From Octopus bimaculoides (taxonomy: Eukaryota), in the NCBI RefSeq assembly GCF_001194135.2, contig NC_068985.1, forward strand, positions 62,800,673 through 62,862,603: a stretch of DNA of 61,931 nt, in the 5' to 3' direction. The notes beneath the pieces are model-generated. The model was not told where the DNA came from and searched no databases. It worked only from the letters and a program-made list of their open reading frames with translations. Below, one piece after another: positions 47,350-60,725 of this stretch; position 1 is the stretch's first letter, and each line of letters starts with the position of its first letter. Made by a program: the position numbers and the translations under genes.

Positions 47350-47840
47350 GCTTTTTGAAATTGTTGACATGAAAAATGCTGGAATTTATCCCCACATGTT
47401 AGGCTCAATTCAGATGGCTGTCTGAAGCTGCTGGAGATTGTGTTCAATCTCTGGTTGGAGAAGGTTGATGCTGGAAGGCCATGTATGGCAGCAGGATTTA
47501 GCTCCTTGCCATACATCCAGAAAGTGTCAGAAGTGGTTGTTGAAGAATTTCTACAAGTTGATGTATTGCATGTGCGTGTGTATACAACCCTACTTTCTGG
47601 CTTCCTAATTCCCCCAGTTGTAATCCTATGAATTACTATGTATGGGGCACAGTTGAGAAAGACATCAACCACTCTGCCTGCAACACCAAGGCCAAGATGG
47701 TGGCTAAGATCAAGGAGGTGTTTACAGATTTTCCCACAATAAGGAATGCATGCATGCATGAAGTTCTTGAAGCTGTGGGCAGTTACTTAGAGTTAACTGC
47801 TATCAGTCATAATCTAGTTGATACTTGTTGATTTTTTGAA
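47350..47840 (+). mobile_element. maT/DD37D-like remnant (second copy, opposite strand)
   Basis: WQQDLAPCHTSRKCQKWL, PNSPSCNPMNYYVWG; 3' end ataatctagttgata shared with the 42487 copy. Confidence 0.8.
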
Positions 47841-47929
47841 ATACTTTTATTTTTTGGTGGAATGTGTTTTCTTTTCCTTTTATGCAAAGTGTATTTAGCC
47901 CCCACCCCCACCCTGGCCGCACACATATA

Positions 47930-48090
47930 CAAGCATGGCCATTGGTTGAAAAGCATACCTCCCTACCATGTGGTCTTGTGTTCAGTTCCGAGGCACCTAG
48001 AGCAATTGTCTGATACTATAATGTTGGGCTGAACAAAGCTTTGTAAATGGATTTAGACAAGAACTGAAACAAAACTGTCGAAAATATAGG
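47930..48090 (+). mobile_element. tRNA-derived SINE (CORE-like family)
   Basis: Similar to the reverse complement of 3400-3636. Confidence 0.6.
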
Positions 48091-48559
48091 GTTGTGTATG
48101 TATGCAGGTAGATGTGTGCACTTGTTTAGACATCATGTGATGATTGTAAATGAGCATCGTCGTCACATGTGAGGTTTTCGTTTCCAGTCTTCAGTAAAAA
48201 TATGTCAGGATATGGGAAAATATATTCTTGCTTGATAACAAGTGAGGGCTGGCAACAAGAAAAGCATCAAGCCAAAGAAAAATCTGCCTGACTCAAGCAG
48301 GTATGGGAAATTATTAAGTGATGATAATTATTTATGTATATATATGTGTGCGTGTGCGTGCGTGCGTGCGTGCGCGCGCGCGTGTGTGTGTGTGTGTGTG
48401 TGTGTAAGCATACAGTGAACTTGCTATGAGAAGTGGAAAATCCAATGTTTTTATTTTTCAGGTGAAAAGTTGAAAAGAGAGACAACAGACTTTCATGCCC
48501 TCTAAGTTAAAAGATCTGCCAATAACAGATAAGGAATGCAAAACCACATGAGTTTCATA

Positions 48560-49490
48560 TGTGCTGGTGACATGGTGTCAAGTTTGAATATAAATGTTAT
48601 TCCTTCTATTTCTTTTAGAATGTGAATCCATGGTGTACAGTGATGCACACACTGCTAAGTGAGTGACAGAATGGCTTATAGTGTTGAAGTGGATGGCAAC
48701 ATAGTTATAGGCTTTGAATGTACTCCCTAAAGTAATTAACAAGGCATCAGCCTGTTTCCCAAATGTAGAGGGCATTGCAAAATTTGCATATAATGCAATA
48801 TATAATGTTAGACAATGCGAAACAAAAGTTCTTAGTAATATGTTATTGTGTTGTGGACCTACTGATGGTTGTAGCAATGTTAATGTGGGAGCACATGTTG
48901 CATCATTGGTGAGCACATTTAAAAGTGCTTGGTTGTGTGAGGCTGGGAACTGTGGAGTTTCTTACTGGAGATTTCTGAGGTTCTTATCTGTTTTAAAGGT
49001 TAGGGGTGGTGGTGCAGGAAAGACTGGAGCAGTTGTGGGATTTGAAAGTAGAATGCAGAAGTTGCATATGGGTTTATCTTTTAACAGAAGGAGAGATGCA
49101 TAGAAAGTGAGAGGCAGAGTGGATTATGGATAGTAGACATGTGTAAAGATGGTAGGAGAGTAGTGGTGCAATTGATGGCATGGGCCAAGCAGAGTGTTGG
49201 GTCCACAATTGATCAATGGTACCCTTGATTCAGGAAGAAATGTTACATTGCTTGGCATTGGGATTCAAAATGAATCAATGCTGCAGAGCCAGAGACGGAA
49301 TTGAGAGAAAGGTATTATTTAGTGAGTTTGAGGTAAGAAGAAGAGTAGTGGAGATAGAAGTGAGAGTCAGGAGGTTTGCAGTGGAGAGAGGGAGATATTG
49401 TTTATGGTGATATCAAGAAACTAACAGAAGTATCAGATGAGGTGGAGCTAAATTCCAAGGCAGGGCAAAAAGTGCTAATGAAAATGATAA
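48560..49490 (-). mobile_element. Neptune-like PLE 3' part (RT thumb and GIY-YIG)
   Basis: LEKFIIFISTFCPALEF..VSFLDIT, FFLNQGY, LTLYI, VAIHFNTISHS, IFKLDT. Confidence 0.7.
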
Positions 49491-52400
49491 ACTTTTCAAG
49501 CTGTTCGTCTTTTTATGTGCCAGTCAGGCAACACTAGCATTGGTCATGCTCGAATGGTGCATTTTATGTGTCACTGGCATGGAAGCCAGTCAGGTAGCAC
49601 TGGCATTGACCACACTTGAATGGTGCTTTTTACATTCCACTGGCATGGGTACCAGTCGGGTGGCACTTGCATCAGCCACGACTATGATTTCACTTGGCTC
49701 AACAGGTCTTCTCAAGCAGAACATATTGCCTGACAACTGAAGGGGTACCTTTAAACAGGCCAGTTATGTGACACTGGCATCTGCCATGGCTTGCTGGGTC
49801 TTCTCAAGCACAGCATATCGCCAAAGGTTTTGGTTGCTTGTCATTGCCTCTGTAAGGCCCAACATTTGAAGGTCATGCTTCATCACCTCATCCCATGTCT
49901 TCCACGGGGTACCTCTTCCACAGGTTCCCTCCACTGTTAGAGTGTGACACTTCTTCACACAGCTGTCCTCATCTATACTTACACTCTGTCATGTATGCAC
50001 ACTGACATTACACATCTAGCAGAGCATACTAGTTTCATTTCTTTCAAGCCTATGCAAGTCCTCAGTAGTCACAGCCCATGTTTCACTGCCATGTAGCATA
50101 ACTATTCACACACAGGCATCATACAGTCTACCTTTCACTCTGAGTGAGAGGCCCTTTGTTACCAGCAGAGGTAGGAGCTCTCTGAACTTTGCCCAGCCTA
50201 TTCTTATTCTAGCAGCTACACTCTCAGAGTATCCACACCTAGGTAATGGAAGCTATCAACTACTTTTAGTTTTTCCCCTTGGCATGTGATGGAATCTATT
50301 TTCTGTACATCTTCGGTGTTTATTGCTCTTGTGCATCTGCCACACACAAAAACTATCTTCCCAGTTAGCCTTCCTTTGATATTACTGCACCTCTTATGTG
50401 TCAAGAGCTTACACCAGGTACATTTTATAGAATTTCTACCTATGTCTTTTCTACAGATCAAGTAGAGCCATCTACCTGAAAGGATTTGTGATTTGTCTAC
50501 CTTCCCGCTTACTAAGACTTTGGATTTTACTAGATTGACTCTAAGGCCCTTCGATTCTAATCCTTGCTTCCACACCTGAAACTTCTTCTCTAGTTCTGGT
50601 AGTGAATCAGCTATTAGAGTAAGGCCATCAGCATAGAGGAGCTCTTAGGGGAAGCCTGCCTTGAATTCCTCTGTTATTGTCTGAAGGACTACGATGAATA
50701 AGAGGGGGATGAGGACTGATCTTTGGTGAACCCCTACTTGTACCTGGAATTCTTCACTATACTCGTAGTCAACCATCACCTTACTGACAGCATCCCTGTG
50801 CAGCTGTCTTACCAGAAATATAGAATCAGTGGTGTTTCTCCCTAGCACAAACCCAAACTGCATCTCATCTAAACTAACTCCTTAATTAGTTGGGCTATGA
50901 CCCTCTCTGTGGCCTTCATCACCTGATCCAACTATTTGATATGTCTGTAATCATTCCTATCTAACACATTACCCTTACCTTTGTAGCAGTTGAATATGGT
51001 GCTGCTACACCAGTCATTGGGTATGACTCCTTCATGTATCACCTGGTTGGCTAGATTATAGCCTACATCGCCAGATATTTAAAGCATCTCAGCAGTGATT
51101 CTTGATGGGCCGGGGGCTTTTCCTGTCTTCATACCCTTAAATGCTTTATCTACCAAGGTACTGTCAAATTGAATAGCTGATCCCTCTGTTGGGTTGATAT
51201 TTGGCAGACTCTCTTTCTCCCATTCATTCTCTTCATTTAGCAACCTTTCATAGTGGCGTCTCCAAGTCTCTCTCTTTGCAGCCTCATTAAATGCAAGTGA
51301 GCCATCATCCATGCGGGCACATTTCTTTCCTATGACATCATGATTCTCTCTCACATGCTGTCTTGCAATATGGAATGCTTCAAGTCTCTGGTCCTCACAA
51401 TGCAGAACATTCACAAATTTTTTTTTATCTGCTTCCCCTCTGGCTAAGTAAACCTGTCTCCTAGCTTCCCTTCTAGCAATCTGATACAGTTCCCTGCTAC
51501 CACCATACTTCCAGTCCTTCCATGCCTGTTTCTTTTCCCTAATGGCCCTGTCAACTACATTGTTCCACCACCATGTTAGCTTAGGTTGAAAGGGGACTTT
51601 GTACCAGCCACAGATCTGGTCAGTAGCTCTCAACAGGTTGTCCTGTAGGAACTTCCAGTTGTCCTCCACATTATGTGATGCTACATCCTCTTCTTTTTTG
51701 TCAAAAGTTTCAAGTAATACGTCTCTAAATCTCTGTCCATTCAGAGGATCCTTAAGCTTCCAGACCCTTCTTTTCCATGCTGGTCATCTTCTGGGCAGCC
51801 ATTTACCCCTGATCCTGAAGTCGCTAACTACTAACCTATGTTGTGGGGTGCATTCTTCACCTAGTAAAGTTTTGGCATTTATAAGTAGCCATCTTTCGTG
51901 TTTCCTGGCGAGAATGTAGTCAATCTGACTAATGTGTCCACCAGACTTGGAAGGTTTCCTGAAGTTAGTATTACAGACCATAAGATCATTTGCATCACAG
52001 AACTCCAGCAGTCTGGTTCCCTCATTGTGGGAACCAAATCTGTTGCCACTATGTACACCATGGAAGTTCCCTGGATGTTGTCCAACATGCCCATTGAAGT
52101 CGCCATCCACAAAGAGAAGGTCCGTCAATCATTGATGAGGTAGTCTGCAAGAGTATGTCATAAAATCGGTCTTTCTGGTCATCAGATAGCCCTGGCTGAA
52201 GGGCATAGGCTGAGATAATGGTTGCTAATTCATGTTGCAGCACTAGTCTAAGCCTAAATATTCTATCACAGAGTTTGACTAACCCAATTACCTTATCAAC
52301 CTATTTCTCCACAAGGAGTATACCCACACCCCCAACCCCATCAGTTTTCCCTACCCATAAAATCTTATACCTATGTTCTTTGCCTGTGGGGAACCTAGCT

Positions 52401-52700
52401 GAATTTCCTCTGTACCTTACTTCTTGGATGCAGCACAAATCTACATGTCTCCATTCAAGCATCTCAACAATCTCACTAGACTTACCTTTCAATGTGCCAA
52501 CTCTGAGGGTGTGGAAGGTGTGGGCTCGCGAGACCCTGGGATGGGGGACAGTAACATTATGCATCTGAAAAGAAAGCTCACATTTGGCAGATCTTGTAAA
52601 CATACTAAGAGCCTTCAACCTGCATACACTATATCATTTTATTCGCTTCATGATCACTATATTCAACAGGAGACAGACACAAGGTAGGGATGTAGGGGGA
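49490..52700 (-). mobile_element. Full-length but decayed RTE LINE (APE and RT)
   Basis: RVGTLKGK..VDLCCIQEV, TIISAYA.Q.G, DGDFNGHVG, IDYIL, QFGF, GVHQ.SVL, YADG; 3' UTR shared with 11740-11900. Confidence 0.93.
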
Positions 52701-53239
52701 ATGGAGGGAGGGAAAGTGTGCTGTTTAGTAAGCCGTTAGAGGTGCTCAGGAGAAAGACATCTGGCAGAGGTCAGAGGATAAAGACTTCTGGTATAGGTGG
52801 TGGAATGGGAGGACACACCATGAACGGCAAAGCACTGTGGCTGCCCTAATCCCTAGCAAAAGCCGATGTGGTATAGTCACAGACAAAGTGAGCTACTAAT
52901 TAACAATCAACATGGGAAAAGCAAGTGGTTAACAAACCAGACAGAGAGGGAGAGTGGTAAAATTTCCAGAATTAGGGCTGGTCAAGGAAACAATGGGTCA
53001 TTTGGATAAGATAGCAGGTAACAAAACAAAACATAAAGAGATGGAATTTTCGAGATTTAGAGAAAGAGTAAACAGAATTGAACAATTGGATTTCTCAATT
53101 TTGCTTATAACATACCACTAAATGAATAACAATAATAATTATAAAGAGCACTATAGAGTGAAACAGAATTGAACATTTCCATTCTTGACTTTAACTTTAG
53201 CTATAACTATAACATACAGTATGGAGTAAGCAAAAATAT

Positions 53240-54460
53240 GGAATAAGCAAAACTTTGTGAAAAAAATTCCTCATAGAAAGAAAAGCAATTGAAGGTAAGG
53301 ACAAGCTTGGCTAGGCAGAGGAGTGTAGTAGTGCTGGGTTCGGGCAGGTGGTGATGGTCTAAGAAGGGCTAGTAGGTTATTGCTGTGGGATTAGTAGGCT
53401 ATGAATATGGGGCTAGTACGTCATTGTTCTGGGACAGTGATTTGATATCCATGGCAAAAAGAAGTTTGAATTCTCCAGACAGAAAAGAGAATGAGTTGAA
53501 GAGGTGTAGGGAGTGGTTGGTGTTTTTAATGAGGTGAAAATAGATGTTGCATGGGGGCAGGTACAGGTGGAAATAATAGGTGGACAAAATTGTCTGGCTT
53601 GTGTGGTGAGTGTTTAATAGCAGTGGGTGGGAGTGAGCTAGAAGAGGTAAGTTCATGAATGGTAGCGGACACTTGTTTCTTATAATAGCTGGCAAGATTG
53701 TTTGGTATCTTGATGTAGAACTGATGGTGGAGTGCTTCTTGTCTGTACATATTGGATTACCAAACTATAACAAAGCTCTCTTTGTCAGTTGGTTTGATAA
53801 TGTCTTGCCATTTATGGAGCTTCCAAAAAGCTTCTGGCTCCAATGGAAATGGCCTACATTGACAAGTGATGTAGGCCCAGGCCTGGTGTCCAGTTAGAGA
53901 TGTGTTTTAAATTTGATGAAGTCATTCTCAGTTAAGGGATCTGGGGTTCTGTTGTGGAAAAAGGCCTTGACTCGTCCGACAGATGAAACTCTCAGTATTG
54001 GTGTGCGCATTGAATTAACTGTGTTTGTCTTGAAGTGGGGGTAAAATTTAGGCAGAGCTCATTTGGTGCTTGTGTGATGTAACTCCCTGGGAATCTACTT
54101 GGTTGTTGTGACTGGTATAGGCAAATTTTACAGGTCTTTTGAGAGATTAAAAAATTGCTAAGTTTGCTGTTGAGGTGCCATATCTGAAAATATATTGACT
54201 GCATAGGCACAGAAGAGTAAAGAGTGGAAAGAAGAGAACAGTAGTTGGTGAGTTACCATGTGAGGTGGTTGTGTTTGATGCATAAAGAGTGGATGGTGGC
54301 TCACATAAGTTGTTTTAAAGAAGTGAGTATGTTAAGAATACTGTGAGGATATTCTGATGAGTGATTTTGATGGATGAATGAAAACTCAGTTTGAAGCCAT
54401 GTGGAATAACACTGAGGTGAAAGACAGCATCCAAGAAACCTTCAATGAGTTTTTTCGAAA
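53240..54460 (-). mobile_element. Neptune-like PLE 5' part (N-terminus and RT)
   Basis: FLGCCL..IPHGFKLSF, LFAMDIKSL, PSTTTLLCLAKLVLTFNCFSF. Confidence 0.7.
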
Positions 54461-54479
54461 ATAAGATTTGAATATTTCT

Positions 54480-54690
54480 TTATGGAGCATATTTGAAGCA
54501 TGCCACTATGTATGCTAGACCAACCTGTTGCCATCCAATTCAGCGCTCACTTATCAGTATGTGACATTGCTGCACACCATGGAATTACATTCTCAGGAAA
54601 ATAGTTAGTTGGTAGATGTGTTATAAGATTTAATTGTTGTTGATGTTATTTGAACACCAATTGGAAGATTTAACCTGTTTGTTTTGGGAA
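54480..54690 (+). mobile_element. Inverted GIY-YIG 3' fragment at the PLE 5' end
   Basis: EHI*S..LDQPVAIQFS..GITFS resembles the EHL..PVA.HFN..H endonuclease tail; joined to the minus-strand N-terminus. Confidence 0.5.
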
Positions 54691-54854
54691 GGTGGAGGTT
54701 CAGAGTTCAGTTCAGCACGTGAAACTTTGCAATAAGGTGTGTTGATTTAGGTGTCAGCTTTAAGTTGAGCTTTTAGAATGGAAATTTGTTTATCTTGAGT
54801 TTATGAATACATGCAAATGTGGAACATCATAAAAATGCATGTATATGCCTATCA

Positions 54855-55335
54855 TCATCATTGTTTAACATCTGTTTTCCATGCTGGTATGGGTTGGACA
54901 GTTTGATAGGAGCTGGCCAACTGGAGAGCTGTCCAGGCTCTAATTGACTATTTTGGCACACTTTCAAAGGCTGAATGTCCTTCCTAACGCCGACCACTTT
55001 ACAGAGTGTGCTGGGTGCTTTTTATGTGCCACTGGCATGGGTGTATCTATGTGATACTAGCACTAGTGCATTTTATGTGACACTGACATGAGTGAATTTT
55101 ATATGGCATTGGCACAAGACAGAGACTTCTCAGCTAGAAGGGGAGTGAGGGAATGGCCATAAAAGATGTGCCTGTATGTATGGATGGCCGTGATTTTACT
55201 TAGCTTGACGTGTCTTCTTAAGTACAGCAAATCACCACAAGTCCCAGCATCTTGTCATTTCCTCAGTGAAGCCCAGTGTTTGATGATCCTTTCTCATCTT
55301 ATTGTCCCAAGTCTTCTTGGGTCTACTCCTTCCAC
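54855..55335 (-). mobile_element. RTE 3' end and tail
   Basis: catcatcattgtttaacatctgttttccatgctgg tail; EKTRQAK*-like end. Confidence 0.85.
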
Positions 55336-55639
55336 AAGTTCCCTCCACAATTAGAGATCAGTACTTCTTTAAGTAGTTGTCCTCATTCATAAGCATTCTT
55401 TAAGCAGCTATCCTCAATTGAAAACAAAAAGAAAAAATTTAAAGTCAGGTTAATCTTCCAAAAACTATGCATATATGTATGTACATGTATATGTGTGTGT
55501 GTATATATATATATATGTATGTATGAAAACATATATTATATATTTTTTGTAGGTATTGTGGAGAACTTTGAAATAATTTCTACTGTATTTGTTTGGTGGG
55601 AACCTGTAACATAAAATAGGTGAAATGTTAAGCTGTTAG

Positions 55640-56160
55640 AAAAAACTACCAGTTGGAAATGCCTTAGTGTTTTGGAACAGACTAATTCAGAGTTTTGATT
55701 CAGTAGTTGATTCCTACACACAAGAATATGGTAGGATTTATTGGTGCAAAGTTGGTTTGCTATGGTCGTGTGTGTGACAATATTTTCCAACTAATGCTAA
55801 GTGGGTTATTCTTCGATTTTAGCATCCATGTATGTTTGGATAGTGGAGTACCATTGTTCCAATTTGGGTTGCACAAAGTGTGTTGAGACCCTACATATGG
55901 GAATAGAGTAGCTGGAGCAGTGGATATAGTAACATTGCAGTATAGACAATATTACATGTGAAACAGTTTTCATTTAGCAGACAGGATGAAGAGGTTCTGA
56001 AGTTGTTGAAATAACAATTTCAAAAAAGTTTTAGTTGGTTGTAATTGGTTAATTTTTTTGAGATTGTTAGTAGTGAAAGTGGTTTTGGAGTACTTTGAAA
56101 AATAGTTTGGCTATTGGTGTGGAGGGAGATTGAACCAGATAATTTTCCTTTTTTCTACTT
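55640..56160 (-). mobile_element. Third Naiad-type remnant (endonuclease region)
   Basis: KRKIIWFNLP, TPLSKHTWMLK, LLNQNSELVCS. Confidence 0.7.
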
Positions 56161-56399
56161 TTATGTTCTTAATTGTGGGTGTGGTGTTTATGTATTGTAC
56201 TTTGTGTGTGTGTGTCTATATAATAATATACAAACACATATGTAATCAGAGTTAACTGAGAGAGAGTGTACTGGGAGTGATCAAGAGCTGAGTTAAGAGG
56301 AGGGGAGGTTTGGAAGAGAGCAGTATATGCATACACACGTATGCATAACATTTGTTTTCAGGATGTTTTTCTGTTGGTGGATGGGTCTTGTGTTGCACT

Positions 56400-58280
56400 G
56401 CATATAACTATTGAGTACAGTCCTTTGTTATCACCTCCGTGAGATGTATCATCTTCAGTTAGTTTTCACAATTTTGTAGCAAGTCTTCTTTGGTCTCTTC
56501 AACAAATTCCACTACCATAGAGGCGTTTGGTACTTTTGTATGCAGCAGTTATCTTGTATATGCATCACATGCCTGTACCAGCACAGTCTCCTGTCTCACA
56601 CACTACATCTGATTTTTCTTGTACTTAGTCTTTTGTTGGCTCATTTGTACTCTGGCATTCATGCACACTAATGTCCATTAGAACATGCTGCCTTCATTTC
56701 TAGTTTTCGCAAATCTTCTGTATTCAAGTCTCATGTTAAATGCCTTCTCCAAGTCAACAAATGCCAGGAATAGTTGTTTATCCTTGACCAAGTATTTTTC
56801 CTGCAGTTGCCTCACTAAAAAGATTACGTCTGTGGTACTTCTGGGCATCAAGCCAAACTACATCTCATCAACATCTACCCTCTCCCACAGATCAATTATG
56901 CTATGACTCATTTCCTAACTCAACAATTTGATTCCTCTATAACTGCCTCTCCCTAAAATACCTCCTTTGCTTTTGTAGCAGTTTATGATGATATGCTAGA
57001 CCAGTCACTGGAATGACATTTTCTGTATAACTTTATTAACTGTCCAGGTGGTAATCATGTACCCTCACCAGATATTTTAAACATCACTGCAACTATCCCT
57101 GATAGACCTGTAGTGTACTCTTTCTTCATATCCTTAATTGCTTTATCTATCTCACAACTTGAATTGCTGGGTCCCTCTACAAGGTCAGCATGAGGTAAAC
57201 CCTCTTTATCACATGCAATCTCCATGTTCAGCAGTTCCTCATAACAGCACTTCTATGCCACATTTTTGTCTTCCATAACAATAGCGAGAATGACTGCACA
57301 GATCTCTTCCTATTTGCCTCACTCTCAGCCAGGGATACTTGTTAACTATTTGCTCTTCTAGCTATTCAATAATGCTATTAGCTTCCTTTCAAATTTTCCA
57401 AGGCAGTCTTTTAGTTTTTACAGTTCTGCCAACCATGTCATTCTCTCACAGTGTTACTTCACCTTAAGTCTAATCTGTAGTCATAAGCAGGTTATTTTGT
57501 AGAAATTTCCAGTTGCTACATGTATCTAAATCTTTTTTCCTACAGTAATATGCATCAAACTAGAATTACTTTAAACCTATTACCAACTATAGGAGTTTTT
57601 AGTTTCCATATCTTCCTTCTCCATATCATCTTGTTTCTGTCTCTGCTTAACTCTGACACTCAAGTCATTAGCTAGTAGTTTGTGTTGTGTAATGCATTCT
57701 ATGCCAGGAAAGGTTTTGGTATTTACAGTCCTGTTTCCTGGTAAGAATGTAATCTAATTTGTGTGTTCATCACACTGATAGTTGACAGGGTGGTTGATTA
57801 GTTTCTTAAAGTATGTTGCAAAACTCTAAGAGTTTTGCATCCTCCCCATTTCTTAAACCATATCTATAGCTCTCATGTATATCATGGAAGCTATCATCAT
57901 GTTGGTCAACATGTCCACTGAAGTTACCAGCTATAGTAATAAATTCAATGTCAATAGTCTGCCTTGTGCACGTTACCTTTGGTTTGGCTGGGATTTTGTT
58001 TCAGTTGCATATCTCTACTGTAGCACTAAGCAAGTTATTTTTTAGAAATTCCTAGTTGTCATCTATAATACAGGTATTTGAATCTTTCTTCCTACAGTCA
58101 TACTTGAACTAGGTTTTTGGCTACCCAACTCCTGAGAATGTAGAAACAGAGATTCTGAACCAAATCACTGCAGTTTTCACCATCTGACCATCATCAATAA
58201 CTTTCATTCCACTTCTGTTTCCCTCCAGGATGGAATTATTTGTACTACAGAGCATCTGTTTCAAAGGTTTGGTCTAACTC
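56400..58280 (-). mobile_element. Heavily decayed RTE LINE
   Basis: DVVWLDAQK/QFGLMP, RQLQEKYLVKDKQLFLAFVDLEKAFN; APE remnants at 57600-58280. Confidence 0.75.
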
Positions 58281-58399
58281 CATACAATGAATGAATAGCA
58301 GCTATTGATGCTGCTTGAAGGATTTTAATAAATTCTGCAAGACTAGTTGTTTAAGATCATGTAAGAAACTATTGCTGATATACGATAGTTGCTTCTTAC

Positions 58400-58537
58400 C
58401 TGTTAGTTGAGAGAGAGGAGTTATCCTTTGATTTGGAGTTATTTTCACAATTTTCAAACATCGTGTGGTTGTAATAAAACACAACTGTCTAGACTTATAA
58501 CCATAGTAGCATTTCATATGACCTATGACATCTAGTC
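58400..58537 (-). CDS. Candidate internal exon of an unknown minus-strand gene
   Basis: ttctgcag|GA..ACAG|gtaaga, 138 bp, phase 1-1, one open frame [45 protein letters not shown]; not repeat-like. Confidence 0.45.
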
Positions 58538-59332
58538 CTGCAGAATTTAATATCAGGCAACTCAAGGTAGAACTAATGATTCATATACATTCAAACAGTA
58601 ATACAATATTTGCGAGTCTCAAACTAACTCTTGACAATAAATGTTAAACACTTAAATATAGACAATTCAGAAAATTGTTGAACAGCTTTAGTGGCACAAT
58701 AAAATATCTATAAACATGAAGTAAACAGGAAATACACACTCACACACATGTGTGTATATGTGTGTGCATGTGTGTGTGTGTGTGTGTGTGTCTGAATGAG
58801 AGAATGTGAATGAATGAAAGAGAAGTAATTATATGTTTGTGTATGTATGCTTAAAATGGATGTTTATTTGTCTATGTATACAATTAAAATACATTAACAT
58901 ACGTACAAGTTGTCCACTAGATTCTGAGCATAAATCTAACATATACATATATATGTAAACACAGAAAGACAGACAGTCAAATAAAGAAACAGGGTGACAA
59001 AAGTGGATAAATGAATAAATATGGATGTGCATTTGTGTAGAATGTATGTATGTATATGGAATATGAGAGTGTTTGCTTTATATATGTATTTATTACACAC
59101 ACACACACACATAGATGCATGTATATATTCTTATGTAAACTTATGAATTTATAGATTTTTGTACCTAATTTAACATTTATAGATGTTCATCCAGAAAGAC
59201 CTATAGACATATTAATGTTTAAATCCATACCCAAATGCACATCTAGACATATAAGCATATATCTATATATACATGTATATATTTACACATGCATCTGGGA
59301 ATTTTGATTATTAGTTTACATGAATTGGCGGT

Positions 59333-59569
59333 ACAACTGCAGATGACATAGATTTCTGATCATTCACAGCAGTGATATCAGGATAAAAATACTCTGATAG
59401 CCACTGCAGTTTTCTTTCACATCACTAATGTCATCAAAATCATCAACATCCTCTCGCTGTATTAGTTGTAAAATATGTTGCAAAGGTAATAGCATTCCGG
59501 TAATATCCGCACCTTATGATTCCATTCAGTAAATTAGGAAGATCCAAGGCATCGCAAAAATATCACAGC
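59333..59569 (-). pseudogene. Exon-like unique segment with no fully open frame
   Basis: ttttttctataag| acceptor and CAT|gtaaac donor; more GC-rich than flanks; stops in all three frames. Confidence 0.3.
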
Positions 59570-60725
59570 TTATAGAAAAAAATTTAATCTGATTATGGAT
59601 TTTTTAAAATAGTTATTGGTAGGTTGGATTTCACTGATTTTTTTTTCCTGAGATCTTCTCAGTTTTAGTGTAGATGTTTTCCAATTTTCCACGTTTTTTT
59701 CCTTGCATACAAAAAAATCCTTTTTACATGCAGACACACATACATACACACAGAGCTTTATAAGGATAAATATATGTGTGTGTGGTATATCTGTGCATGT
59801 GTTTGTATGTAAAATGATACATACATAATGATAGATATGCACAAATATAGAAACACACCAACATATGCACACATATAGAAACACTAAATACATGAACACA
59901 TTCATGCTCAATTCAAAAATTTAAATATACTGGCAGATAACAGACATTCGTACAAGCAATAATGTATGTGTAACTCCATATTTATGAATATGTGTGCATG
60001 CTTGTATACATTTACACAAGTCTATATTGTTTAAAACAGATACCATTCAGTGAGTTAATTTTTAGAAGTATATATTTTTTTTATTAACTTGCAACCTTTA
60101 AATGTTTGTTTTGCTTTTCTTTATTTTCAATTTTTGCTTTCTCTTTTTTTCCCTACAAGAAGAATAAGAGATTATGTAATTTGTGTAGTGAAAAACTGAA
60201 ATATTTTCACATTTAAATTTTTCTCTATATAATTGATATTGCCTTTTTGTTTTTTTTCTTCTTCAAATATCAACTATCTTTAAATACACCTCTTGAATAA
60301 CTCTCAAGAATCCTAAATGGTTCCCTTTTCTGATTTCACAAACCTGCAAAAGTAGGGAGCTCCTCAATTTCAGTTGCACTTTGAATTGCTTTATTTGATA
60401 TATCTTGACACTTTAAACAGTATTTTCACCAAAAGTATAACTCAGCTGACTCTTGTGGGTCAACAACTCAGTTTTGGCTGAAAAACCTATAGAAAATGAA
60501 TAAGAGAGATAATGAATAATTAGATATTTTTACACTGAAAGATATACAAGAAATATTTCATTTTGAAAGCATAATGATATCTCTGGTAGTTCAACCAATT
60601 TCTACTGTGACATTTTATAAACGAAAAAATTGCTCTGAAAGATATTATAGTCTACTAATAAAGCAATAAATTGATCTGTGAATTCCAAGAGTTATTTGAT
60701 CATCATGAAAATATAGTTTTCTTAC

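Noticed and set aside
52760-52900. Possible HDV-like ribozyme in the RTE 5' UTR
   Set aside because: A tcctccc loop-like word is present, but I could not assemble the P1/P2/P3 nested pseudoknot by eye.
59440-60480. In-frame TGA near Cys as possible selenocysteine
   Set aside because: Multiple TGA plus TAG/TAA stops, no SECIS seen and no selenoprotein motif.
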